From assembly GCA_038087875.1 (NCBI GenBank), contig CM075990.1:5458001-5522000 (forward strand): a stretch of DNA of 64,000 nucleotides, given 5' to 3'. Positions 25,120-37,892 of the stretch are shown one piece after another; positions within the stretch are counted from its first letter, which is position 1, and the number at the start of each line of letters is the position of its first letter. The DNA comes from Malacoraja senta (taxonomy: Eukaryota). Under the pieces are notes generated by a model, which saw only the letters and a program-made list of their open reading frames with translations, did no database searches and was not told the DNA's origin. The position numbers and the translations under genes were made by a program.

Positions 25120-26615
25120 TATGCTATCTTGTTTAGTTCCACTGAACCTCCTCCCGCCCGGCCTCTTGCAAGAACACTATCCCCTACTCTCAATTTCCCC
25201 CTCTTCGCCCCATTTGCTCCCAAGATGCGGCTTTCTTCTCTCGGACATCCGAGATGTCCTCTTTCTGTAGTAAACATGGCTTCCCCTCCCCCTGCTGTTG
25301 CAGATGGATCCCTTCCCTTTGTCTCCTCTGTATCCCGCAGTTCTGCTCTTGCTCCTCTTCCCCCAGGAGGAACGAGAATAGACATCCCATGGTTCTTACC
25401 TTTCATCCCCCCCAGCCTCCGCATCCAACACACATTCTCCAACATTTCCGCCACCACGAATGTGATCCCACCACCAGACCCATCTCCCCCCCCCCCCCCC
25501 CCCCACACTTTCTGCTCTCCGTAGAGACTACTTTCTCCGCAACTCCATGGTTCATTCACCTCTTCCGGCCCAAACAGCACCCCGCACCCCCAAGGTACTT
25601 TCCCCTGCCACTGCAGGAGATGTAACGCCTGTCTCTATACCTCCTCCCTTACCTCCATCCAAGGACCCCAGCAGTCCTGGCCAAAAGAGACAGATGTTCA
25701 CATGCACCTCCCCTAAAGTCATCTACTGCATCCGATGTTCCCGATGTGGCCTCCTTTACATCGGCGAGGCTAATCGCACACCAGACGACTGTTTTGCTGA
25801 ACACTTGTGCCCGCTCCACCTACTCCTACTGGATCTCCCAGTTGCAAACCACTTTAATTACTGAAGAAGGGTCGCGACCCGAAACGTCGCCTATTCCTTC
25901 TCTCCATAGATGCTGCCTCACCCGCTGAGTTTCTCCAGCAATTTTGTCTACCTTCGATTTTTCCAGCATCTGCAGTTGTTTCCTAAACACTTTAATTCCT
26001 CTTCTCATTCCTATACCAACCTATTTGTCCTGGGTCTTCTCCAATGTGAGTGAGGACACATAAAAATGTGAGGAACAGCACCTCATTTTCTATTTGGGTA
26101 GCTTACAACCCAATGGTATGCACATTGTACCCCCTCCACCTCCCTCTTTCATTCCCTCCTCCCCATCCATTCTGGTGCACAACCATTTCTCCCACCATTC
26201 TGCTCCCCTTCCCCACATCCCATCGATTCCCTTCCACACACATCCCTCTCTCTGACTTTACATTTTAGTCTTCTCTCCTTATCTGACATTCTTTTGTCTC
26301 CGTTTCATCTCCCGCCTTAGTCCACCCATCTGCCATTCTAACGTCCCGCGTATCACATTGAATGGCAGTGCTGGCTCGAAGGGCCGAATGGCCTACTCCT
26401 GCACCTATTGTCTATTGTATCCACCTATCGCTCGCTTTGCCCCGCCCCTTCCCCTTTACAGTTTTCTCACCCTCGCCATTTATCAGTCTGAAGAAGTGTC
26501 CCGATCTGAAATGTCACCTGTCCATGTCCTCCAGGGATGCTGCCTGACTCACTGAGTTACTCCAGCACTTTGTATTTTGCTCAAGACTCCCAGCATCTGC
26601 AGTTCCTTGTGTCTC
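25120..26615 (+). mobile_element. Penelope-like element 3' fragment (GIY-YIG endonuclease remnant + pseudo-LTR), with internal insertions
   Basis: FTCTSPKVIYCIRCSRCGLLYIGEANR...FAEHL GIY-YIG signature preceded by a Cys-rich FPCHCRRCNAC motif, followed by a pyrimidine-rich UTR and pLTR. Confidence 0.88.
25861..25888 (+). ncRNA. Minimal hammerhead ribozyme core
   Basis: CUGAAGA-A-GGGU(CGCG)ACCC-GAAA-CGUC. Confidence 0.55.
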
Positions 26616-27872
26616 CTTTAGTTCTACTGAAATCTGGACGTGCCTTACACAGTAGAGAGCAGGGGGAATAAAATGGAGTTCATTGTTTGTGTTCATTTTT
26701 AATTGTTTGAGTTTTGTTGTTATGCACTCAGAGAGTAGAAAATGTGCTGTACTATTTGTAGTTCTGTATCATGCTCAGCTTTTAAATCTCCTGGAAATAA
26801 ATAAATTCAGCACCAATACCTCAAACGCAAGCCAGCCTCGATGATGCTATGTTGTTGCATTGTTGCACTGAACCTAACCACCGATTACTCTAATTCCTAA
26901 TAAATTCATGATTTTTGGTTCCACTTATTCCTAACCCGTTCTCGCCTTTGAATTTGCAGCTGATCCGGCATTGATTCTGGCTTTGATTGGAATTCCCATA
27001 GCTTGCATTTATATGACGGTGGCTCCGGAGAATCCGAGGTCACTTCTAAGCCGTACATTCGAGGGTTTAAATGCAGAGGGGATGGTAAACAGGTCACAGG
27101 TCTCCCATATTTGACAACATCTTAACACACGCCTTTGAGTTAATAGGAAGATTCTTCTCCACTAAAATTAACCACGGAGGTTATCCCTACTGCAGCTCAA
27201 TCACTAAAACATCAAGTACCTTGGATTAGAAAGGGCTTTGTTTCTGAATGTCATTTGCAACTTTCTGCAAATTCCAACCGGGTTCTCTGTGAGTGAAGGC
27301 CAGCAAGCATGCAGGGCGATGTGAAATAGCACATGGCATGATATACGCTTTAAAGTCACTTGTACAAACTTTATTTGTGCAGTTGTGTCCTCTGGGCACT
27401 CATACTAAAGCAGGTCTAACTTGAGAGTTGACTTGCTGTGGTATTATTTCGGTGGAACCCATGATCTCCCATTTGGCCAAGAGGCCACAGTTATCTTGCA
27501 GGGAGGTCCTCCAGGAAGCAGGTTCCTTTGGTGTTCAGTCCCAATCTCCACTTGCTGCCAGTGGGGTGATGACCCACTTGTATGTTTGCCTAATGTCTTG
27601 CCTTCCTCATGTCCTGCCCATTCGGCCCTTTGAGCCAGCACCGCCATTCAATGTGATCATGGCTGATCATCTACATTGAATCGAAGGGCCGAATGGCCTA
27701 CTCCTGCACCTATTGTCTATTGTCTATAAGTCTAGGGTTTCAGTTACATGACTGGGCAGGACATGTGGGTATTTGAGGTATCGTGTCAATATCTCATCCT
27801 GGAAGATTTATTTCTGTCATGACCCATTCTCCAAACTCCACCTTCCCAAACCACAGCTCTCCCCAGCAATAC

Positions 27873-28106
27873 GAAATGTGTAGGAAGGAACTACAGACGC
27901 TGGTTTAAACCAAAGATCAACACAAAAAGCTGGAGTAACTCAGCGGGACAGGCAGCATCTCTGGAGTGAAGGAATGGGTGATGTTTCGGGTCGAGTCCCT
28001 TCTTCAGACATTCTGAAGAAGGATCTCGACCCAAAACGTCACCTATTCCTTCTCTCCAGAGATGCTGCCTGTCCCGCTGAGTTACTCTGGCTTTTTGTGT
28101 CGATCT
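27873..28106. mobile_element. Inverted Penelope pLTR insertion
   Basis: Back-to-back hammerhead-like cores; TSD TCCCCAGCAATAC at 27860 and 28107. Confidence 0.85.
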
Positions 28107-28419
28107 TCCCCAGCAATACCTCCATATCCAATCCTCAACTCGCTGAGGACCTGCAAACTAACTGGCTTCCTCTTCTAGGTCCTGAATCACATAGCAAGTA
28201 GAGGTAAGGCTTTCCCCACAGTGCTACAACCCCCAGACCCATTGTTTTTTGTTTTTTTAAACCTTCATCTACTCCCCATCTAAACAATTATTTTAAATCT
28301 ATGCCCTTTAATTATCGCTCTCGCTAAAGGGTAAGAACTCCTTTCCACTCTAATTCCCTCCAGCCTTGTTGTAAAGCATTGTAAGAAAATCTTCCCCATT
28401 CACAAGCCTCTATTGTTTT

Positions 28420-29110
28420 AATTGAATTGGATTGAATACATTTTATTAGCCGAGTGTGTATACATACAAGGAATTTGCCTTGGTGCTTTGCTCGCTAGTA
28501 ACAACACGATATACAGTAGACAATTAAAAATAAAACATTATAATTTAAACATGTGAAGAATGAAACAAAATACCAGAGCAAAAGGAGGCTACAGACGTCT
28601 GGTCATTGAGTCGAGCTACTGCTCGTGGAAAAAAGCTGTTTTCATGTCTGGCTGTGGCAGCTTTGACAGTCCGGAGTTGCCTTCCAGGGGGAAGTGATTC
28701 AAAGAGTTTGTGGCCAGGTTGAGAGAGGTCAAAGAAGGTCTTACCCGCTCGCTTCCCAGCCCTTGCAGTGTACAGTTCATCAATGGGGCCAAATGTTGCA
28801 GCCAACAACCTTCTCGGCTGATCGATCGAACAATGCACTGCAGCCTCCAGATGTCTTGCTGGGTGGCTGAGCCAAACCAGACCATGATGGAGAAAGTGAG
28901 GACAGACTCTATGATGGCAGTACAAAACTGGACCATCGTTGCCTGTGGTAGATTGTGTTTTCTCAGCTGCTGCAGGACGTACATCCTCTGTTGGCCTCTT
29001 TAACTGTGGAGTCGATGGTGACCCCCCACTTAAGGTCCCTGGAGATGATTGTTCCAAGGAACTTAAATGACTCCACAGATGTGATTGTGGTGTTGTTAAT
29101 GGTGAGTGGG
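28420..29110 (-). mobile_element. Rex1/Babar-type LINE 3' fragment
   Basis: FKFLGTIISRDLKW..., QQRMY.L.QLRK, IIESVLTFSIMVWFGS peptides across frameshifts. Confidence 0.85.
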
Positions 29111-29462
29111 GGGAAGGGAGGGGAGGGGGAGCTCTATAAAGATGCCTCCCTCCCTTTATATTGAACATAGAACCATACAGCTCAAGAAGTCAAGTCAAGT
29201 CAAGAGAGTTTATTGTCATGTGTCCCAGATAGGACAATGAAATTCTTGCTTTGCTTCAGCACAACAGAATATTGTAGTCATAAATATAGATCAGATCAGA
29301 TCAGTATGACCATATATCATAGAATATATATATATACACACACGTAAATAAACAGATAAAGTGCAATAGGCTGTTATAGTTCAGAGTTTGTTTGAAGTTG
29401 TGTTTAATAGTCTGATGGCTGTGGGGAAGTAGCTGTTCCTGAACCTGGATGTTGCAGATTTC

Positions 29463-29727
29463 AGTAGCGCAGCGGTAGAGTTGCTGCTTTACCACGCCGG
29501 AGACCCGGGTTTGATCCTGACTACGGGTGCTGTCTGTACGGAGTTTGTACTTTCTCCCCGTGACCTGCGTGGGCGTCCCACCCACACTCCAAAGACATAC
29601 AGGTTTGTTGGCTACTTGGCTTGGTGCACAGTAATTGTAAATTGTCCCTAGTGTGTGCAGGATAGTGTTAGTGTGCGGGGCAGACTCGGTGGGCTGAAGG
29701 GCCTGTTTCCGCGCTGTATCTCTAAAT
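29463..29727 (+). mobile_element. HE1-like V-SINE
   Basis: GCGCAGCGGTAGAGTTGCTG...GGTTTGATCCTGACTACGGG...GGGCCTGTTTCCGCGCTGTATCTCTAAA. Confidence 0.88.
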
Positions 29728-30218
29728 CAAAACAGGCCCTTCGACCACCATGTCTGTGCCAGCCATGATACCAATGTAAACTGATCCCATCAGCCTGCAT
29801 GGACATGGTGATTGGTTTCTGCTCAAAATGGCCATAATATGTTTTGCTCCGATTTGTTCCTCGATATACTTTTATATGCTGCCCTGAAAAGTTTGTTACC
29901 ATAGCTGATCCCATCTCCCATCTGGACTGTACCCTTCTGTTCTCTGCCTGTTTGTGTGTCTGTCTAACCATCTCTTAAATGTTGCTATTGCATCTGCTTA
30001 TATCCTGGCAGCGAATTGCAGTAACCCATCACTGACATTTGTGTGAAAAAGCTTTCCTCACCCATCTTCTTTAAACTCCCCCCCTTTCACTTTAAATTTC
30101 TATCTTCTAGTATTTGAAATTTCCACCCTGGGAAAAAGACTGACTATCTGTGCTCATCATAGTTTGTCCAAGCTCACCTCATAGCTAGTACACTGCAATC
30201 CATGCTACAAACCTCTTC

Positions 30219-30562
30219 TAATAATAATAATAATAATGGATGGGATTTATATAGCGCCTTTCTAATACCCAAGGCGCTTTACATCGCATTATTCATTCAC
30301 TCCTCAGTCACACTCGGTGGTGGTGAGCTACTTCTGTAGCCACAGCTGGGGAAGACTGACGGAAGCGTGGCTGCTAATCTGCGCCTACGGCCCCTCCGAC
30401 CACCACCAATCACTCACACGCATTCACACACATTCACACGCAGGCAAAGGTGGGTGAAGTGTCTTGCCCAAGGACACAACGACAGTATGCACTCCAAGCG
30501 GGATTCGAACCGGCTACCTTCCGGTTGCCAGCCGAACACTTAGCCCATTGCGCCCGTCTGTC
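30219..30562 (-). mobile_element. tRNA-derived SINE with a CORE-like segment and L2-type tail
   Basis: Reverse complement has a GGTTCGAATCC B-box, GTGTCCTTGGGCAAGACACTTCACC, an AAAGCGCCTTGGG...AAAGGCGCTATATAAAT stem and (ATT)n; flanked by an ACCTCT repeat. Confidence 0.75.
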
Positions 30563-31183
30563 ACCTCTCCAAAGCCTCCACATCCTTCATATAATATGGC
30601 AAGCAGAAACATATAAAATAGGTGCAGGAGGAGGCCATTCGGCCCTTTGAGCCAGCACCGCCATTCATTGTGATCATGGCTGATCGTCCCCAATCAATAA
30701 CCCGTGCTTGCCTTCTCTGCCCACAATACTCCAAATGTGGCTTAAATAACGTTTTATATAGTGCAAAATGATCTCCCAACTTTTATATTCAGTGCCCCAA
30801 CCGAAGTATGCAGTCTTCTTCACAAGCCTATCTATTTGTGTTGCCACTTACAGGGAGCTATAGACTTGCACCCAAAGATCCCTCTGTACATCGATGTTCC
30901 GAAGGGTCCTGTCATTTACTATATACTTCCTCTTGCATTTGACCCCAATGCACTTGTTGAGATTAAACTCCATCTGCCAACTGATCCGTACACTACTGCC
31001 GCGCACTTTTTGTGTCGTCTGCAAACATACTCATCAGACCACCTACAGTACATTTTTGTCCAGATCATTCATACGTATCACAAACGACAGAGGGTCCATT
31101 GCTGAGCTGCAGAGTGTGAAACACACTCTGCCACTGCCCTCTTGTCTTCTATGACCAAGCTCATGTTGTATCCAACTTACTAA

Positions 31184-31373
31184 AGGGCCTGTCCCACTTG
31201 GGCGTCATTTGCGCGTCATTTACGTGACATCATTTACCCGTCACGCGCGTGTCGTGATGCGCGCATGGTGTGCATTACGCGCGCATGGTGTGTGGTGACG
31301 TAGGCAGTGATGTACAAAATCTTCGCGAGCCGTCTGCGTGACGCGCAAATGACACCCAAATGAATCAGGCCCT
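31184..31373. mobile_element. Harbinger-type MITE (short, CG-rich subfamily)
   Basis: AGGGCCTGTCCCACTTGGGCGTCATTTGCGCGTC ... GACGCGCAAATGACACCCAAATGAATCAGGCCCT; flanks TAA/TTA. Confidence 0.8.
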
Positions 31374-32551
31374 TTACACACTGTTTATGTATTGGATTCA
31401 AGAAGAGATCCTAACAACCAGGGTAACATGAACACATACTTGAAGTTGATACGACTTTCCAATTTTTTGTAAAATTAATGGCACGGTGTCAATAGTTGAT
31501 TGACGTAGATGGATACATTTAGTTTCCTGGTAACACATATTTAATGTGGCAGACAGAACTGATAGACTCATAGAGTCATACACGGCCATTGTAAAGCTCC
31601 TTCAAGCACAGGTCCAAACAGACACCAGCTCTGAGTTTGTTTGCAGATGAATGAAGAAAGATGTGTCAGTTGCTATGGTAACAAACATTTCAGGGCAGCA
31701 ATTAAATGTATATCGAGTAACAAATCGGAGCAAACCACATTATGGCCATTTTGAGCAGAAACCAATCACCATGTCCAGCTCACAGCAACCAGGTCAAAGG
31801 GTGAAAAACATCACTGGAACCAAAACATTTCACTCATATTGTGAAGATTGACACAAAATGCTAGAGTAACTCAGTGGGGCAGGCAGCATGTGACGTCACA
31901 ATAAACAATAGACAATAGGTGCAGGAGTAGGCCATTCAGCCCCTCGAGCCAGCACCGCCATTCAATGTGATCATGGCTGATCATCTTCTTCTCCCCATAT
32001 CCACTATCTTTAAGAGCTCTGTCTAGCTCTCTCTTGAAAGCTTTCAGAGAACCGGCCTCCACCGCACTCTGAGGCAGAGAATTCCACAGACTCACAACTC
32101 TCTGTGTGAAAAAGTTTCACCCATTCCTTCTCTCCAGAGATGCTGCATGTCCCTCTCGGTTACTCCAGCATTTTGTGTCTGTCTTTGGTGTAAACCAGCA
32201 TCTGCAGTTCCGTCCTTCATACATACTCTGGTTCGCTAGGCAGGCCACACCATTGGCATTTGCACATAGATCTTAAAGCAGGGGTCAGCATGGTTAAAGT
32301 GGGGTCTCCATGGAAACCTCAGCCTGATTGCATCTCTGGCCCTTGTGGACCCAAGCCTCTGTGGTTAGGGCAGCATTCAATAGCAGATGGAAGGCGGAGT
32401 GAACTGAAATTATCGGTTCACGGAAGCCTCGATGTTCTCCAAGAGATTACCAGCAATAATGTTTTGAGGAAATAAATGATAACAGGCAATAATCTTTAAA
32501 ATATATAAGCATTAGGGTGACACGGGTGACAAATATATAAGCATTAGGGTG

Positions 32552-32828
32552 TTGTTGTTGAGCTGCTGCCTTACAGCGCCAGAGACCCGACTTCGATCCT
32601 GACTACGGTTGCTGTCTGTATGGAGTTTGTACGTTCTCCGTGTGATAGTGTGGGTTTTCTCCAGGTGCTCCGGTTTCCCCCCACACTCCAAAGACGTACA
32701 GGTTTATATGTAATTCGCTTTGTTAAAAATTGTAAATTGTCCTATTGTGTAGGATAGTGCTAATGTTCGGGGTGATTGCTGGTCGGCAGGAACGCGTTGG
32801 GCCGAAGGGCCAGCTTCCCTGCTGTATG
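32552..32828 (+). mobile_element. HE1-like V-SINE
   Basis: Same consensus as the other copies. Confidence 0.85.
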
Positions 32829-33759
32829 TAATGTCTTTTTTTTCCTTCTTTTTTTAATATTTATTTTTATTAGTAAGTAAGTAAGTTAGTATCCTTTATT
32901 GTCATTCAGACTTTTCAGTCTGAACGAAATTTCGTGCCTTGCAGTCATAACATAGAATAAAATAACAAAACACACAATGAACACAGATTTAACATCCACC
33001 ACAGTGAGTCCACCAGGCCCTCCTCACTGCGATGGAAGGCAAAAGTCTTAAAGTCCTTGTCACTTCCCTCCATTGTTCTCCCTCTGCGTTGAGGTGATCC
33101 AGGTTTCCGATGTTGTGACCCCCGCCGGGTGATGGTAAGTCCCGCGGCCGAATTCGAACTCCGCGAACGGGCCGGTTCAAACTCCGCGGCCCGGGGCGGT
33201 CGAAGCTGCCACCCTCCAGTCCAGCGGATGAAGCTGTTGTTGCGGGAGCTCAATTGCAATTGTACAAAAAGAGAATGATCGACATAACAGTTATACAATT
33301 TTCGTACTGCTTCAGTTTTAACATTTTATGAACTAATAACTAGATCGGAAATGTCTAGATGTGTAAAGTCTAACATCTAAAATTATCTGGTTTAATTCCA
33401 AGTTAAATGGGTAAACTTGAAATCACAGAGAGATGTCATTGCTTTGAGTGTGGTATTTCTTGTCAAACTGTATGCAAACCGCACGTGTCATAAATCATGA
33501 ACGTTTTGATCCAATTTGTGCTGTTGGGTAAACAAGAAACATTGTGCACACCACTAACCTCATTACATGCGCAAAAAAGGTGGAACAATGTTGTCATTAG
33601 GGTGGATCACGACAAGAAATGCTGCCCTCTTCCCCAATGGATGGGACTTCAGAAATAATAAATACACACGGTTGCTCTGAGCTACTTACTCAGTATAAAT
33701 GTGTGTAAATAGACTTGCTCCCATTTCAAAGCTGTAGAATCATAAACTTCTACGCAACA

Positions 33760-34050
33760 GGTGGCCTAGCGGTAGAGCTACTGCCTTGCAGAGCTAGAAA
33801 CCCGGGTTCAATCCTGACTACGGGTGCTGTCTGTACGGAGTTTGTACATTCTCCCCGTCACCTGCGTGGGATTTCGCCGAGATCTTCGGTTTCCTCCCAC
33901 ACTCCAAACATGTACAGGTTTGTAGGATAATTGGCTTGGTATAAATTTAAATTGTCCCTTGTGTGTGTAGGATGGTGTTAATGTGCAGGGATCGTTGGTC
34001 GGTGTGGACTCGGTGGGCCTCAGGGCCTGTGTCCGTGCCGTATCGCTAAG
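33760..34050 (+). mobile_element. HE1-like V-SINE
   Basis: Same consensus, near full length. Confidence 0.88.
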
Positions 34051-34456
34051 CAACAGTCAAAGCCAATCAGAGGATCATAACCACAGTGGATCAAATAGAT
34101 TTTAAACATGACAACGTTTTTTGACATGTTCCTCCTTCCTAGTGAGTTTGAGAAACTTGAGCATCCTATAGTTGAAAACATTTTCCTCAGCTCCCCTCTG
34201 ATCCTTTCGCCTAATACTTTAAATCTTTGCTGCCTAATTAGTGGCCTCTCTACAGTGGGAAGTAGACTATATTATCCACTCCATTCAGATCTCTTTTATG
34301 CTTCTAAATTAAATTTCTTCTTATCTTCAGCTTCAAAACAGCAATCTGGCTAATCTTCCTTTATAATCAATTTCTAATTACAGACATAGAGGCACACTGT
34401 ACAGAAACAGGTCTTACGGCCAAACTTGCCCAAGCCAACTAAGATGCCCCAACTAC

Positions 34457-34672
34457 AGGTAGGTAGGGCATCTTACACAGGTAGATGAGGCATCTTACAC
34501 AGGTAGGTAGGGCATCTTACACAGGTAGGTGGGGCATCTTACACAGGTAGGTGGGGCATCTTACACATGTAGATGGGGCATCTTACACAGGTAGGTAGGG
34601 CATCTTACACAGGTAGGTAGGGCATCTTACACAGGTAGGTGGGGCATCTTACACAGGTAGATCGGGCATCTT
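34457..34672. repeat. 22-bp minisatellite (AGGTAGGTAGGGCATCTTACAC), 10 units
   Basis: Direct observation; lies inside a CR1/HER1 3' fragment (~34385-34795). Confidence 0.97.
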
Positions 34673-35571
34673 AGCTTCGTCTAAACTTTCTATGTATCTG
34701 TGTAAATGCCTTTTAAATGTTGTTATAGTACCTGCCTCAACTACCTTCTCTGCAGCCTGTTCCATGTACCCAGCGCCCTCTGTGTGACAAGGTTGCAGGT
34801 TTGTAGGTTAATTGGCTTCTGTAAATTGCCCCTAGGGTGTAGGACATGAAAGTAGGATAATAAAACTAGTGTGTGGATGACCGTTGGTCGGCGTGGCCTC
34901 AATGGGCCGAAGGGACTGTTTCCATGCTGTATCTCTAAACTAAACTAATATTAAACAAGGAACTATAGATGCTGGTTTACCAATGAAAGACATAAAATGC
35001 CGGAATAACAGTGGGTCAGGCAGCATGTCTGAAGAACATAGATAGGGTGACGTTTCGGGATGGGACAGAAGGGTTCTGACCAAAAACATCACCTATCCAT
35101 GTTCTTCGGGGGTGCTGCCTGACCTGCTGAGTTACTCCAGCACTTTGTGTCCTTTAATGATTAAGTCCAATGAATTCTGGGCCTGTCCTCTACATCTACC
35201 AATGCCTATAGAGGACACATTAATGGCTGATGGAAAATTATTGTAACATATAACTTTACAACCATTAAATGAGATAAACACGACTTGCCTCGCCCCTTGT
35301 GTACATTTCATTTTTAAGTAGCAGTAAAATAAACACAGTTCCACCCTTGAGATTGCCTCTTCCTTAGCCAAATAATACAATGTACAAGGGCAGGGAAAGA
35401 AAGTAAGTAAACATAACATTTCCATAAATTAGCCGCGCTGCTGTGGGACTGACCTTTGGAACGGATGTAAAAGAACTTGTATTTCTGTCAGGATCTAAAG
35501 CCCCATCAACTCTTTTAATTATCTAAGGATGCCGTGCAATCACCATAAATTCTGTAACCTGGATGGACATA

Positions 35572-37186
35572 CAGTGGCTTGCAAAAGTTTTCATACCCCT
35601 TGAACTTTTCCACATTTTGTCACGTTACAACCACAAACGTAAATGTATTTTATTGGGATTTTATGTGATAGACCAACACAAAGTGGCGCATAATTGTGAA
35701 GTGGAAGGAAAATGATACATGGTTTTCAAATTTATTTACAAATAAAAAACTGAAAAGTGTCGCTTGCAAACGTATTCAGCCCCCCTGAGTCAATACTTTG
35801 TAGAACCACCTTTCGCTGCAATTACAGCTGCAAGTCTTTTGGGGTATGTCTCCTCCAGCTTTGCACATCTAGAGACTGAAATGTTTGCCCATTCTTCTTT
35901 GCAAAATAGCTCAAGCTCAGTCAGATTGGATGGAGAGTGTCTGTGAACAGCAATTTTCAAGTCTTGCCAGAGATTCTCAATTGGATTTAGGTCTGGACTT
36001 TGACTGGGCCATTCTAACACATGAATATGCTTTGATCTAAACCATTCCATTGTAGCTCTGGCTGTATGTTTAGGGTCGTTGTCCTGCTGGAAGGTGAACC
36101 TCCGCCACAGTCTCAAGTCTTTTGCAGACTCTAACAGGTTTTCTTCCAAGATTGCCCTGTATTTGGCTCCATCCATCTTCCCATCAACTCTGACCAGCTT
36201 CCCTGTCCCTGCTGAAGAAAAGCATCCCCACAGCATGATGCTGCCACCACCATGTTTCACAGTGGGGATGGTGTGTTCAGGGTGATGTGCAGTGTTAGGT
36301 TTCCGCCACACATAGCGTTTTGCATTTAGGCCAAAAACCTCAATTTTGGTCTCATCTGACCAGAGCACCTTCCTCCACATGTTTGCTGTGTCCCCCACAT
36401 GGCTTGTGGCAAACTGCAAACGGGACTTCTTATGGCTTTTTTTCAACAATGGCTTTCTTCTTGCCACTCTTCCATAAAGGCCTGATTTGTGGAGTGCACG
36501 ACTAATAGTTGTCCTGTGGACAGATTCTCCCACCTGAGCTGTGGATCTCTGCAGCTCCTCCAGAGTTACCATGGGCCTCTTGGCTGCTTCTCTGATCAAT
36601 GCTCTCCTTGCCCGGCCTGTCAGTTTAGGTGGACGGCCATGACTTGGTAGGTTTGCAGTTGTCCCATACTCTTTCCATTTTCGGATGATGGATTGAACAG
36701 TGCTCCGTGAGATGTTCAAAGCTTGGGATATTTGTTTATAACCTAACCCTGCTTTAAACTTCTTCACAACTTTATCCCTGACCTATCTGGTGTGTTCCTT
36801 GGGCTTCATGATGCTGTTTGTTCACTAATGTTCTCTAACAAACCTGAGGCCTTCACAGAACAGCTGTATTTATACTGAGATTAGATTACACACAAGTGGA
36901 CTCTATTTACTAATTAGGTGACTTCTGAAGGCAATTGGTTGCACTGGATTTTATTTAGGGGTATCAGAGTAAAGGGGGCTGAATACCTTTGCACGCGACA
37001 CTTTTCAGTTTTTTATTTGTAAAAAAATTTGAAAACCATGTATCATTTTCCTTCCACTTCACAATTATGCGCCACTTTGTGTTGGTCTATCACATAAAAT
37101 CCCAATAAAATACATTTACGTTTGTGGTTGTAACGTGACAAAATGTGGAAAAGTTCAAGGGGTATGAATACTTTTGCAAGCCACTG
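35572..37186 (-). mobile_element. Full-length Tc1/mariner DD34E transposon, Passport-like, 1615 bp
   Basis: TA TSD at 35570-71 and 37187-88. About 215-bp TIRs starting CAGTGGCTTGCAAAAG, each with an inner direct repeat (IR/DR layout). Internal transposase. Confidence 0.97.
35790..36809 (-). pseudogene. Tc1 transposase (339 codons) with one premature stop at codon 9
   Basis: ATG at 36809 reads MKPKEHTR*VRDKVVKKF (TAG at 36785-36783), then open to the end. Motifs GRPPK, WSDETK, FQQDNDPKH, SPDLNPIE; 34 residues between the second D and E. Confidence 0.93.
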
Positions 37187-37892
37187 TACTTTTCAAGTCT
37201 GCCTCCTATCAACCTTTTTCCATTGTTTCACAAGATTACTCGAAAAAAAAATAGGGAACCTATGCTGATTTGTACAATGAGCTGCATATGACTGGACTGG
37301 AACCTGTGTATTGGTCCTGTGTACAGTAGCTTCCAACACTCTATCTAGAATGAACTTTCGCTACATCCTGTCCCACCAGCAAGAGCATGGTGGTGACACA
37401 GTTGGGACTGAGCAGTGTGGAAACCATCTCATGGTGTCAATGAGCAAGAACATACTCTTGTGACAACTACCTACCGCCCTCATTTCAGGTAGTCCCTGTT
37501 TTTCCTCCCCTTCCCAGCTCTCCCTCAGCCCACTGTCTCCGTCTCTTCCTTTCTTCTTTCCGCCCCCCCCACCCTCACATCAAAGGAAGGGTCTCGACCC
37601 GAAACGTCGCCTATTTCCTTCGCTGCATAGATGCTGCCTCACCCACTGAGTTTCTCCAGCATTTTTGTCTGCCCTCATTTGATACATCTGTTGTCTTCCA
37701 TCTTCCATCCGTATGTAGATGAAGCCCGTGGGTCCTATCATCAGAATAAAGACATTACTGGCGGCATTGTACCATTATACTGATCATTAAACACATTCAG
37801 AAATGAATGTCCAATTTAATGTTGGGAGTTCATGAAGGAGCAGCAGCAATGTGATTGTGTCCCACTTCCAGCTGCAAAATCATAGCCTGACG

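Noticed and set aside
29463..29530. tRNA-like sequences at SINE heads
   Set aside because: A/B boxes continue into SINE body and LINE tail; no complete cloverleaf.
34457..34672. Regular repeat that could be mistaken for a CRISPR array
   Set aside because: Head-to-tail 22-bp units with no spacers; vertebrate DNA; no cas genes.
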